A model generated the notes under the pieces. It worked only from the letters and a program-made list of their open reading frames with translations. It was not told the DNA's origin and ran no database searches. From NCBI GenBank assembly GCA_002070955.1, contig MWEK01000005.1, positions 82,128 through 146,127 of the forward strand: 64,000 bases of DNA, in the 5' to 3' direction. The position numbers and the translations under genes were made by a program. Source of the stretch: Planctomycetes bacterium ADurb.Bin069. Lineage in GTDB: Bacteria > Planctomycetota > UBA8108 > UBA8890 > UBA8898. Position 1 is the stretch's first letter; each line of letters opens with the position of its first letter. Below are positions 33,412 to 42,500 of the stretch, in pieces.

Positions 33412-36400
33412 CTACGGCGTGCAGACGTCGGGGCAGCCGACAACGGCGATGCAGTCCGTCCCGTAGGCCGGCGCGGGGCCGTTCGTGAAGAGATAGGCGA
33501 AAAGATGCAGCACGTCGGCCAGGTTGACGGTTCCATCGCCGTTCACGTCGAAGATGACCGCGTTGCCGCCCTCCGCGATAGTCGCGCCCGCGCAGGGCGG
33601 CGTTGCGTTGGCTCTGCCGTACAGGGTGTTGATCAGCGCGGCCGCATCGGAGAGGTTCAGGCGGCCGTCCTGATTCGTGTCGCCGGGAAGCTGCCGGCCG
33701 CCGGGAGGCTCCGGCCTGCCGGGCGAGCCGCCCTCCAGGGCGCTCCGGCCCCAGTTGGCTTCATCGCCCCAATTCTCCAGGGGCGTGTCGAGCGGGCCGG
33801 TGAAGACCAGGGAGTACCCGCCCCCGTTGGTGGAGGGGACCCACTGGTTGCGGTAGTAGACCTCGACGCACGGCTCGCCGAGGGGCCCTAGAACCTGGAC
33901 CGCCTCGCCGACGTCGCTGAGCAAGCCCGTCCAGGGCGCGACCACCGTGATCCCGTCCGCCCCGTACACCGTCGTGAAGGCATTCAGATCCCGGGCGACG
34001 ACGACGTGCTCGCCGGGATCGAGCTGCGCGGGGCCGTCCATGGGAAACTCGAACGTTACGCCCTTGGCGATCCGGACGCCCGGAAGCGCGATAGGGACGT
34101 CGCCCGCGTTCGCGAGCTCGAGGAACTCGAGCTGGCTGGCCGAGTACGGGCTGACGGGCTTGGGGTTGTACATGATCTCGGTGAGGACCAGGCGCGGCGC
34201 CGCGGTGTAGAACGTGCCCTCGACCATCGTGCTCCAGCTTCCGCCCGCCTGGACGCGGGCCCGGACACGGGTGTTTTGGGTGATCGTGAGCGGCTCGGTG
34301 TAGGTGAGAAGCGCCGGGGAGTCCTGGATCGCGGGATCCGAAGGATCGGGGCCGTTGAGGGTGTACTTGATGGCGCCCATCGTCGCCGTGATCCGCAGCT
34401 CGAAGCCAGGTTCCACCTTGCCGCCTTTGTTGCTCAGAACGGGCGGCACGAGGAACTGGCTGTCTATCCACAGGAGCCGGTCGCGGATCCAGGCCCGCAT
34501 CCAATCGACCTCGGACACCCAGGTCGGACCGACGTACCAGTTGGGCCACAGGTACACGCCCAGCACGGGCCAGCGCTTGAAGTTGCGGGCCTGGGCCTCG
34601 CGCACGAAATCGCATTGGGCGTCGATCGAGGCCGTGAGCGCCGCCTGCGAGAGCGGCCCGCCGCGGAGCTCGAACCACCGCTGGCGGTACAGCTCCATGA
34701 AGGCGGGGTCTTGCATGAGGCGCCGGTAGAAGGGGTACTCCTGGTAGGAATTGAGGTAGAACGAGTAGTACCAACCGGTCGTGAGCCACCCGTCGTTGTA
34801 GTTCGCGTTGCCCAGGGAGAGGTTGTAGTCCCACACCGGCCCCATGTTGAGCCTGCCGTTCTTGTCCTTGTGCAGGAAGGTGCTCAGGCGGTAACCGTCG
34901 ATGTTCTTCGTGAGCTCCACGATGATGTGGTGGTCGATGAAGGACAGGGGATCGATATAGGCGGCGTAGCCCGTCGCGGGGTCCCTGAAGTTCGCGCCGT
35001 GGAGCACGGTTTGGAAGCGGTTCAGGAAGTTTGCGATCCAGGCCTTCTGCTCCACCGTGGCGACCTGCCGCGCCGGCCGGGCCGGGTTCTGGTTCTCGTG
35101 AGGGTAGACGTAGCAGAAGTGCACGCTGTAGCCTCCGCCGCTGGTGGTGAACCCGGCCTCGCCCGGGCCCAGGCGGTCGTTCTTGAAAATGTAGCCGCCG
35201 CTGATCCCGGGCTCGGTCTTCTGGGAGGCGTAGAGACGGTCGATGGCGACGCGGTTCGCGCCGCGCTTGATTTTCTCCACGAGGACATAGATTCCGAGGT
35301 AGTGGGTCGAGTAGCGCAGGCCCCCCGAAGCGCTCATGTTGAGGAACATCTCCATGTAGCGGGTGCGGGGCGCCCAGCGTCCGATGTCGTTGCTCCACCG
35401 GTAGGCGAGCACGTCGCGCATCAGGGTCTTGTCGTTGTAGGCGGGGTACAGGATCCAGTCCGATTCCGCGGCAAAGCCCAGGAGGGGCGCCGCGCGCTCC
35501 TTGTCGCGCTCGTTCCAGAGCTCGAGGGCGTACATCTTCTTGGCGAACCCCAGCGCGGTCGATCCCCGCAGCTTGAGGCCGGCGCGGCTCGTGAAGGGCG
35601 CGAACTCCGTCAGCGCCGTTCGGCCGCGCGGATTTTCCGCGAGGAAGATCTGGCAGGGCTTGTAGGTGACCTCGTCGATGCCCTGCCCGAAGGTGTTGAT
35701 GACCATGAGGGGCAGGTCGGAGGTGAAGTCCGCCGTCGTGGCATCGAGGAGCACCGAGTAGGAGTGGCTCACGACGGGGCTCGGGAGATGTCCCGGCGCG
35801 AAGGCGCGCGCGCGGATCGTGGTGGTGCCGGCGACGCGGATCGGGCCGGCGTATTCGGGGGAAGCCTCGGTGGGGACGGTGCGATTCGTGGTGTAGCGGA
35901 TCACGGCGCCGGGCGCATCGACGGCCAGGGACACCATGATCTCGGCGGGATAGCAGCCGCTTGGGTGCGACGGCCGCGGTTCGTCCACGACATCGGGAAA
36001 TCCGGCGCCGTTGAAAAAACCCGGCGTCGGGACATCGAAGTACTCCGGCCGCTCCGTGTCGAGGGTTCGCAGGGAGATGGCCTCGAGCGACGCCGCGATC
36101 ACGAAATCGTTCTGGGTGACGGGGGAGCGGTTCAGGCCGTGGAGGGCCAGCACGTTGGCGCCGGCGCGAAGCAGCTTCCTCACGCCGGAGACGAAGATTT
36201 CCTCCGCCGCGACGCCGTCGTGCGTCGCCGTGGCGATCGCGTTCCAACGCAGCGCGGCCGGCGCGTTGCGGCGGGCGATTTCGACGCCGTTCAGGTAGGC
36301 GACAAAGCCGTCGTCGTAGTGGATGGAGAGGATCGCCGCGTCGCAGCTCGAGGGATCCGCCAGATGAAAGGGCATGCGGATGTACGCCGACGTGTTGACG

Positions 36401-37080
36401 CCGTATAGGCTCGTTTCGATGTCGGTGCCGATCAAGGACTTGTACGTCGCCGCCGACTTGCGATCGAAGCCGACGCCGCCCGCTCCGGCCGTCCACGCGC
36501 CGTCATCGAAGGCCGGGTCGGTCCAGGCGGCGCCGAGACTGTCGTCGGCCGGGACGAAGACGCGCACCGGGCCGTCGATCGGCGCCAGCAGCATGCCGTC
36601 CGCGGTCATGGCGAGGCCGTAGGACACGTTGGCCTGCTGGGGCGGAAAGACGGGGCCGAAGGCGGCGATCACCCGCTCCTCGGGCGTGTACAGGCCGATA
36701 TACTCTCCGCCCGAACTGAGCTTGAAGTTCGTGTGCAGGTTGGCGGCGGGGTCGCGCCGATCCTTGCCGGAGGCGAAGACGACGAGGAACTGACCCGCCT
36801 CAATGGTCACGGCGGGGAAGGCCCACTTGCGCGGGTTGGCGGGGTTGTCGCTCAGAAACCAGCCGGCGAGATCCACCGGGTCCTCGCCCGCGTTGAGAAT
36901 CTCGATCCAGTCCGAGCAGTCCTTGTCCTCGTCGGTGAACGACTGCTCGACGGGGGGATACGTGCTCTCGTTCGACGCGAGAAACTCAGTGATGTAAAGG
37001 TCGTCGGGGCCGGCGCACAGCAGAGCGCCGGCCAGGGCCGCGAACGCGGCCGCACAGAAATGCGTGCGAAAAGTGCGCAT
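33412..37080 (-). CDS. Secreted CotH-kinase-family protein with two lamin-tail (LTD) domains, CHB_HEX_C-like domains and C-terminal dockerin pair
   Basis: ORF 33412..37080(-). Signal is MRTFRTHFCAAAFAALAGALLCA. LTD is YITEFLASN...DWIEILNAGEDPVDLAGWFLSD. CotH core is YLGIYVLVEKIKRG...FIDHHIIVELTKNIDGYRLSTFLHKD...GPVWDYNLSLGN. Dockerins are DTNQDGRLNLSDAAALINTLY and DVNGDGTVNLADVLHLFAYLF. Confidence 0.85.
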   Translation of the reverse strand: MRTFRTHFCAAAFAALAGALLCAGPDDLYITEFLASNESTYPPVEQSFTDEDKDCSDWIEILNAGEDPVDLAGWFLSDNPANPRKWAFPAVTIEAGQFLVVFASGKDRRDPAANLHTNFKLSSGGEYIGLYTPEERVIAAFGPVFPPQQANVSYGLAMTADGMLLAPIDGPVRVFVPADDSLGAAWTDPAFDDGAWTAGAGGVGFDRKSAATYKSLIGTDIETSLYGVNTSAYIRMPFHLADPSSCDAAILSIHYDDGFVAYLNGVEIARRNAPAALRWNAIATATHDGVAAEEIFVSGVRKLLRAGANVLALHGLNRSPVTQNDFVIAASLEAISLRTLDTERPEYFDVPTPGFFNGAGFPDVVDEPRPSHPSGCYPAEIMVSLAVDAPGAVIRYTTNRTVPTEASPEYAGPIRVAGTTTIRARAFAPGHLPSPVVSHSYSVLLDATTADFTSDLPLMVINTFGQGIDEVTYKPCQIFLAENPRGRTALTEFAPFTSRAGLKLRGSTALGFAKKMYALELWNERDKERAAPLLGFAAESDWILYPAYNDKTLMRDVLAYRWSNDIGRWAPRTRYMEMFLNMSASGGLRYSTHYLGIYVLVEKIKRGANRVAIDRLYASQKTEPGISGGYIFKNDRLGPGEAGFTTSGGGYSVHFCYVYPHENQNPARPARQVATVEQKAWIANFLNRFQTVLHGANFRDPATGYAAYIDPLSFIDHHIIVELTKNIDGYRLSTFLHKDKNGRLNMGPVWDYNLSLGNANYNDGWLTTGWYYSFYLNSYQEYPFYRRLMQDPAFMELYRQRWFELRGGPLSQAALTASIDAQCDFVREAQARNFKRWPVLGVYLWPNWYVGPTWVSEVDWMRAWIRDRLLWIDSQFLVPPVLSNKGGKVEPGFELRITATMGAIKYTLNGPDPSDPAIQDSPALLTYTEPLTITQNTRVRARVQAGGSWSTMVEGTFYTAAPRLVLTEIMYNPKPVSPYSASQLEFLELANAGDVPIALPGVRIAKGVTFEFPMDGPAQLDPGEHVVVARDLNAFTTVYGADGITVVAPWTGLLSDVGEAVQVLGPLGEPCVEVYYRNQWVPSTNGGGYSLVFTGPLDTPLENWGDEANWGRSALEGGSPGRPEPPGGRQLPGDTNQDGRLNLSDAAALINTLYGRANATPPCAGATIAEGGNAVIFDVNGDGTVNLADVLHLFAYLFTNGPAPAYGTDCIAVVGCPDVCTP

Positions 37081-37163
37081 CGCAAGGCCTTTCTCTCGAA
37101 GGCGCCGGGCCGGACCGGCGCAACCGGCGATTCTCAGGGCAACTCGGTCACTTCATCAGTGCG

Positions 37164-37191
37164 ATTTTATCACGGAGGGCGACCGAGACAA
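37164..37191 (-). promoter_or_regulatory. Putative promoter for the CotH gene
   Basis: Minus strand reads TTGTCT (37191-37186), 16 nt, TAAAAT (37169-37164) with an extended -10 TG (TGATAAAAT). Confidence 0.4.
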
Positions 37192-37203
37192 AGGCTTCGC
37201 GCC

Positions 37204-37232
37204 TTGCAAATCGCCCCGAACGCGCATATAAG
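37204..37232 (+). promoter_or_regulatory. Putative promoter for the aminopeptidase operon
   Basis: TTGCAA (37204-37209), 17 nt, TATAAG (37227-37232), about 48 nt upstream of ATG 37280. It is back-to-back with the CotH promoter. Confidence 0.4.
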
Positions 37233-37279
37233 GAGCGTCAGCCGGCGCGCGGGGCGCCGGCGCCGCGTCAGGAGCAGGC

Positions 37280-38521
37280 ATGCGGACAACGTCGATCGCG
37301 CCTTCGGAGCACATGCGGCGGCGCGCGAGGGTCCTTGGGGCGCTGAAGGGCGCGGCCGCCGTCGTCTTTGCGGGCGGCGCGACGCGGCCGCTGCTGGGGA
37401 CCTGGCTCGCCGATGCGAACTTTCGGTACCTGACGGGGCTCGAAGACGAGCCGGAAGCCGCCGTGTTTTTCGACCCCTCGGCGGAAGACGAGCGCCGCCG
37501 GATCGTCCTCTTCCTCAAACCGCTCGACCGGGAGGCGGAGCGCTGGGACGGCTACCGCGAGGAGCTCGGGTCGAGCCTGCGGGCGCGCACGGGTTTCAGG
37601 ACCGTCATGCGGACGCCCTCGCTCCCCGCGCTGTTGACCGACGCGGCGCGCCGCGCGAAGCGCCTGGCGTGCCTGCATCCCTGCGCGGTCTACGACGCGG
37701 CCGTGTCGCCGGACCTGGCCGTCTACCGCAAGGTCGCCGAGCGGGTGCCGGGCGTGGCGATCGAGGACCGGACCGAGCTTCTCAAGGACCTGCGCGCGCG
37801 CAAGTCGCCCGCCGAGCTGGCCCTGATGCGCCGGGCGATCGCGGCCACGGCGGAGGGCTACCGCGCGGTCTTCGGCATGCTTCGGCCCGGCGTCAGCGAG
37901 CTCGAAATTCGGCAGGCGCTGGAGACCGCGTACCACCGGCACGGCGTGGAGCGGCTCGCGTTCAATACCATCGTGGGGGCGGGCCTCAACGGCACGGTGC
38001 TGCACTACGCGGCCAACAAGGCGGTCGTGGAGGCCGGGGATCTCGTCGTGATCGATTCGGGCGCGAGCTTCGGCGGCTACTGCGCCGATGTGACCCGCAC
38101 GCTGCCTGTGAGCGGCAGGTTCACGAAGGAGCAGCGCCGGTTCTACGAGATCGTGCTCGCGGCGCAGCGGGCGGCCATCGCGGCGGCCCGGCCCGGCGTC
38201 CACATGTGGCGGGTCGACGAAGCGGCGCGGGCGGTGATCGAAAAGGCGGGCTGCGGGGATGCTTTTATCCACGGAGTGGGCCACCAGCTTGGCCTCGCGA
38301 CGCACGATGCGACGCCCGGGGGCCCCCTTGTCCCCGGCATGGTGGTGACGATCGAGCCGGGGATCTACTTCCCGGACCGCGGACTCGGCATCCGCATCGA
38401 GGATGACGTCCTGATCGGGCGCGCCGGCAACCGGGTGCTCAGTTCCGCGATTCCCAAGTCGATAGAGGACATCGAGAGCGCCATGCGGAAGGCCCGCGCG
38501 GCGCGGGGAGGCCATGTATGA
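37280..38521 (+). CDS. Xaa-Pro aminopeptidase (peptidase M24B)
   Basis: ORF 37280..38521(+). Motifs are FNTIVGAGLNGTVLHY, DLVVIDSGASFGGYCADVTRT, HGVGHQLGL, VVTIEPGIY and IRIEDDVLI (metal ligands D, D, H, E, E pattern). Confidence 0.85.
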   Translation: MRTTSIAPSEHMRRRARVLGALKGAAAVVFAGGATRPLLGTWLADANFRYLTGLEDEPEAAVFFDPSAEDERRRIVLFLKPLDREAERWDGYREELGSSLRARTGFRTVMRTPSLPALLTDAARRAKRLACLHPCAVYDAAVSPDLAVYRKVAERVPGVAIEDRTELLKDLRARKSPAELALMRRAIAATAEGYRAVFGMLRPGVSELEIRQALETAYHRHGVERLAFNTIVGAGLNGTVLHYAANKAVVEAGDLVVIDSGASFGGYCADVTRTLPVSGRFTKEQRRFYEIVLAAQRAAIAAARPGVHMWRVDEAARAVIEKAGCGDAFIHGVGHQLGLATHDATPGGPLVPGMVVTIEPGIYFPDRGLGIRIEDDVLIGRAGNRVLSSAIPKSIEDIESAMRKARAARGGHV

Positions 38522-39216
38522 AACGATGGCGCTGCAGGGTGTGCGGATACGAGTGCGAGGCGGAGGAACCGCCCGAAAGATGCCCGGTGTGCGGGGCGGA
38601 CCGCAGCTTCTTCACGGCGGAAGACGACGCTCCGAGCGCAGCGCCCGGCCCGGCGGCGCCGGAGCCGGCGGTGCCGGAACCGGCGGCGTCCTCCGCGCCG
38701 GCCGCGCCGGAACCGGCAGCCTCCGCGGCGCCCTCCGCGCCGGCCGGACCGGCCGCGGGCTCGGGCAAAGCGGGGAAGCTGATGGCGTTCGCGGCGAAAT
38801 GGCTCGTGCGGCTCCACGCGCATCCCATCTCGGCGCACGTCCCCAACGGCGTCCTGCCCGTCGCCGTCGTGTTTCTGCTGCTCGGCCTGGTGTTCGCCTG
38901 GTCGGGGATGCGAGACGCCGCCTTCTACAACGTCGTGTTCGTGGTGTGCGCGCTGCCCCTCGTGCTTTGCTCCGGGTACCTGGACTGGAAGGTCAAGCTC
39001 AAGAAGGCGCGCGCCCCGATCATCGTGGGCAAGATCGTCTGCGGCGCCGTGTCCCTCGTCATCGGCGTCGGCGTGATCGTGTGGCGGATCTTCGGCGGCG
39101 AGGCTGCGCTCGACTGGCCCTTCTTCTGCGCGCTTCTGGTGATGCTGGGCGCGGCCGGCACGGCGGGTTATCTCGGCGGCAAGCTCGTCTTCGGCCGGCA
39201 CGAGGGCTTGGACTGA
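38518..39216 (+). CDS. Rubredoxin-type zinc-ribbon fused to DUF2231-like membrane domain
   Basis: ORF 38518..39216(+). WRCRVCGYECEAEEPPERCPVCG carries 2x CxxC. An Ala/Pro linker follows, then HPISAHVPNGVLP plus 4 predicted TM helices. ATGA overlap with the upstream stop. Confidence 0.7.
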   Translation: MKRWRCRVCGYECEAEEPPERCPVCGADRSFFTAEDDAPSAAPGPAAPEPAVPEPAASSAPAAPEPAASAAPSAPAGPAAGSGKAGKLMAFAAKWLVRLHAHPISAHVPNGVLPVAVVFLLLGLVFAWSGMRDAAFYNVVFVVCALPLVLCSGYLDWKVKLKKARAPIIVGKIVCGAVSLVIGVGVIVWRIFGGEAALDWPFFCALLVMLGAAGTAGYLGGKLVFGRHEGLD

Positions 39217-39247
39217 GACAGCGCAACCGGCGAGGCTCCGGGGGGGC

Positions 39248-39275
39248 TTGCGACCGTTGCCCGGAGATATACAAT
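39248..39275 (+). promoter_or_regulatory. Putative promoter for tRNA-Lys
   Basis: TTGCGA (39248-39253), 16 nt, TACAAT (39270-39275). The tRNA starts at 39291. Confidence 0.4.
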
Positions 39276-39290
39276 CTATGGTTTGCTCAG

Positions 39291-39366
39291 GCCCTCGTAG
39301 CTCAGCTGGTAGAGCAGCGGATTCTTAATCCGCGAGTCCCGGGTTCGAATCCTGGCGGGGGTACCA
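39291..39366 (+). tRNA. tRNA-Lys (anticodon CTT), CCA encoded
   Basis: Cloverleaf by hand: acceptor GCCCTCG/CGGGGGT (two G.U pairs), D arm GCTC-AGCTGGTA-GAGC, anticodon arm GCGGA-TTCTTAA-TCCGC, T arm CCGGG-TTCGAAT-CCTGG, then ACCA. Confidence 0.9.
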
Positions 39367-39378
39367 GCCGCAGGCAAA

Positions 39379-39406
39379 GGCCGCAACGGAGGTTGCGGCC
39401 TTTTTT
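39379..39406 (+). terminator. Rho-independent terminator after tRNA-Lys
   Basis: GGCCGCAAC-GGAG-GTTGCGGCC (39379-39400) followed by TTTTTT (39401-39406). Confidence 0.8.
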
Positions 39407-39447
39407 CATGGCAGCTTCCGCCCCCCCTCGGGGGCGCCGGAAAAGCC

Positions 39448-39477
39448 TTGTGCATCGTCGGATGCCGTCCCTATAAT
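39448..39477 (+). promoter_or_regulatory. Sigma70-like promoter for the 39553..43842 gene
   Basis: TTGTGC (39448-39453), 18 nt, perfect TATAAT (39472-39477), about 75 nt upstream of ATG 39553. Confidence 0.5.
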
Positions 39478-39552
39478 AGGTGCTGGGCTCGGTTTTTTGG
39501 TCCAGTGGTCGGTTGAGTTCGTCACTCACGGTTCAACGAAGCGAGGTGCTGC

Positions 39553-42500
39553 ATGCGCAAGTACGGAGCGGGTCTTTTGGCTCTGCTGGTGCTGGGGCTG
39601 ACAGGCGCGCCTGCCGCGGCGGCGGGCGAGGTTGTCATCTACACGGGCAACGTTTTCTGGATTTCGAAGGCTGATGCCGACGCGCAGGCCGAGATCTGCG
39701 CCGACAAGCTGCTAGAGTGGGGGATCCCGTGCACGTGGTACCGGGGCGAGGACCCCGCCGCCGAAAAAGCCGAGATCGCGGCGTGGATGCAAGCCGCGAC
39801 GGGCAACGGCAAGCAGGAGATTCTAGTCCTGTACGGGTATTTCCCGGAAACGATCTATCCGGGCGGCAACACGCAGCCGAACGGCTCCATCGCGGAACGG
39901 TTCATCGAGTCCAACGACGGCGATGCGATCGTCAACCACGGCGACTACATGTTCTACAAATCCAGCCCCGACAACGGCGTGCTCGGGCTCCAGAGCATGA
40001 TGGACATCACGGACGTCACGATGTCGGCGGACAACACGCCCATGAAGGTGACGCCCCTCGGCAAGGCGGTCTGCTCGAGCCTGGACAACTTCTGGAGCGA
40101 CCGCGTCTTCTTTCCCGCCCAGCTCAAGGGGGAGTGGTTCGTCGAAGCGGCCTTCGGCGTCAACCACGACGGCACGCGCGTCGAGCCCGCGATCATCCGC
40201 GACGGCACCCGCGGCCGCCTGATTCCCATCTATCAGACGAACACTCAGAGCTGGGATCCGAAGGGAGCCGTGGCGGCCGAGATCATTTCCTGGCTCTTCG
40301 GGGTCGACCGCGGTCCGGCCGCCGGGCTCGGCATCAGAGCCTCGCGGCCCAAGGCGGCGGTCACCGATGACACTCGGGCGGCGGCGTGGACGGGGGATCC
40401 GCTCGAGTTCACCGTCGACCTGCTCGAGACCACGGGCAGCGGGACCAAGGCCGCGGCCGACGTCACGGTGACCCTCGAGACGACCTCCCCTAGCGGGCGG
40501 TTCGATCTGTCCCCGGACGGCCCCTTCAGCGGCGCGGTGACCACCGTCAAGATCCCCGCGGGCGCGTCCTACGTTGACGTGTATTACAAGGACACGGCGG
40601 CCGGCACGCCCACCCTCACCGTTTCGGCGGCGGGACTCTCGCCATGGTCGTGCGAGGTGAAGATCTTCGCGCGCAGCTTCGCCCCCCGGGGCGAGGTTGC
40701 GTTCTACACCGCTGCGACGAGCTGGACCTCCCTCCAGGTGGCCAACGCGCAGGCCCAGATCACCGCCGACAAACTGAGGGATATCGGCGTGAACAGCACC
40801 ATTTTCTCGGCGATCGCCCAAGAGGACGCGCTCGCCAACTGGGTAATGGATAAGACCGGGAACGGCAAGTTGGACGTTCTGGTGACGTACGGGTACGTAC
40901 CGCCCAGCATCTACCAGCCCGGCAACGCGCAGCCTGAAGGTTCCATTGCGGAACTCTTCATCGAGTCGACCGACGGCGACGTGATCCTCAACCACGCGGA
41001 CGCCTTTTGGTACGTGTCGCGGGGTACCAATAACGGGTACGACGGCTTGAGGAACCTGACGGATCTTGTGGGCTTTCGCCAAGACGAGGTGACCACGGCC
41101 TTTACCGTGACGGCGGAGGGCGCGGAAATCGCGCCGAGCCTCATTAATTTCTCCGGTACCCGGCCGTTCTACGTCGACATGCTTTACAAGGACTGGCTGG
41201 TCGAGGCGGTGTTGGCGCAGAACGCGACGGGCGCCCGGGCCGATCCCGTCATCCTGCGCGACGGAGACCGCGGGCGCGTCATCCCCGTGTTCCAGGCCAG
41301 CAACGAGTTTTTGCCGAAAGGCGCCGTGGCCGCCGACATCATCACGTGGCTGTACGGCATTTCGGTCGCGGATCCGGTCAAGATGGGCATCGTCGGGCCT
41401 ACGATCACCGGAGTCCGCGAGCCGCTGAGGTTCGTGGCGCAGATACAGAACCTGATCGGCAGCCCGATGGGTGCCCCGGCGGACACGACGGTGACGCTGG
41501 CGACGAGTTCGGCGACCGGCCGGTTCGATGTCCTCCCCGATGGCCCCTTTGATGGCACCTTGACAACTCTGTCGATTCCGGCGGGCGAATCGTCGGCGGT
41601 GTTCTTCTTCAAGGACACGGCGGCCGGGACGTACACCGTGAGTGCTTCGGCGGCGGGATTGGTGATGGCGAAAGTGAACGTGAATGTGCGCCCGTGGACC
41701 TTCGCGCCGGCGGGCGAGGTCGCGATCTACACCGGTGCGACGTTCTGGCTCCCCAAGACGGAAGCCGACCAGGATGCCCAGATCTGCGCCGATCGGCTGG
41801 CCGAAGTGGGCATTGCGGTCACGATCTTCAACGCGACCTCCGACGAGGGCGCGCTCGCCAACTGGGTCACCAGCCGCACCGCGGACGGCAAGCTCGACGT
41901 CCTTATCATCAACGGGCGCCTTCCCGACAGCCTCTACTCGCCCCCCAACCGGCAGCCGGACGGCTCGCCGGCGGAGCTTTTCATCGAGTCGACGGACGGT
42001 AACGCGATCCTGAACCACGGAGACTGGCTGTTCTACAAGTCGACCTTGGAGTTCGAAGCCGACGGGACGACGTCCCGGAACAACGGCTCCGCCGCGCTCC
42101 AGAACATCATGGATATTCCGGGCATCGGGATGTCGGCGGACGATACGCCCGTCTTCGTCACGGCGGAGGGGCGGGACATCGCCCCGTGTCTCAGGAACTT
42201 CCAGCCCGACCGCGTGTTCTTCCCGGCGCAGCTCGGCGGCGAGTGGTACGTCGAGGTCGCCCTGGCGCGGAACGCCGACGGCACGCGCGTCTCGCCGGCG
42301 ATCGTGCGGGATGGAAACCGAGGCCGATTGATCGCCGGGTTCATGACGAACCGCATCGATGCCCAAGTCCCGCCCGAGCCCAAGGGCGCGCTCTCGGCGG
42401 AAATCGCCGCCTGGCTCATGGGCTGGCGCCTGACGCCGTTGCAGTTGCGCCTGGCGAACACCGGCGGCGCCGCGGCCACGCTGCAGAGCATGCCGATGGC

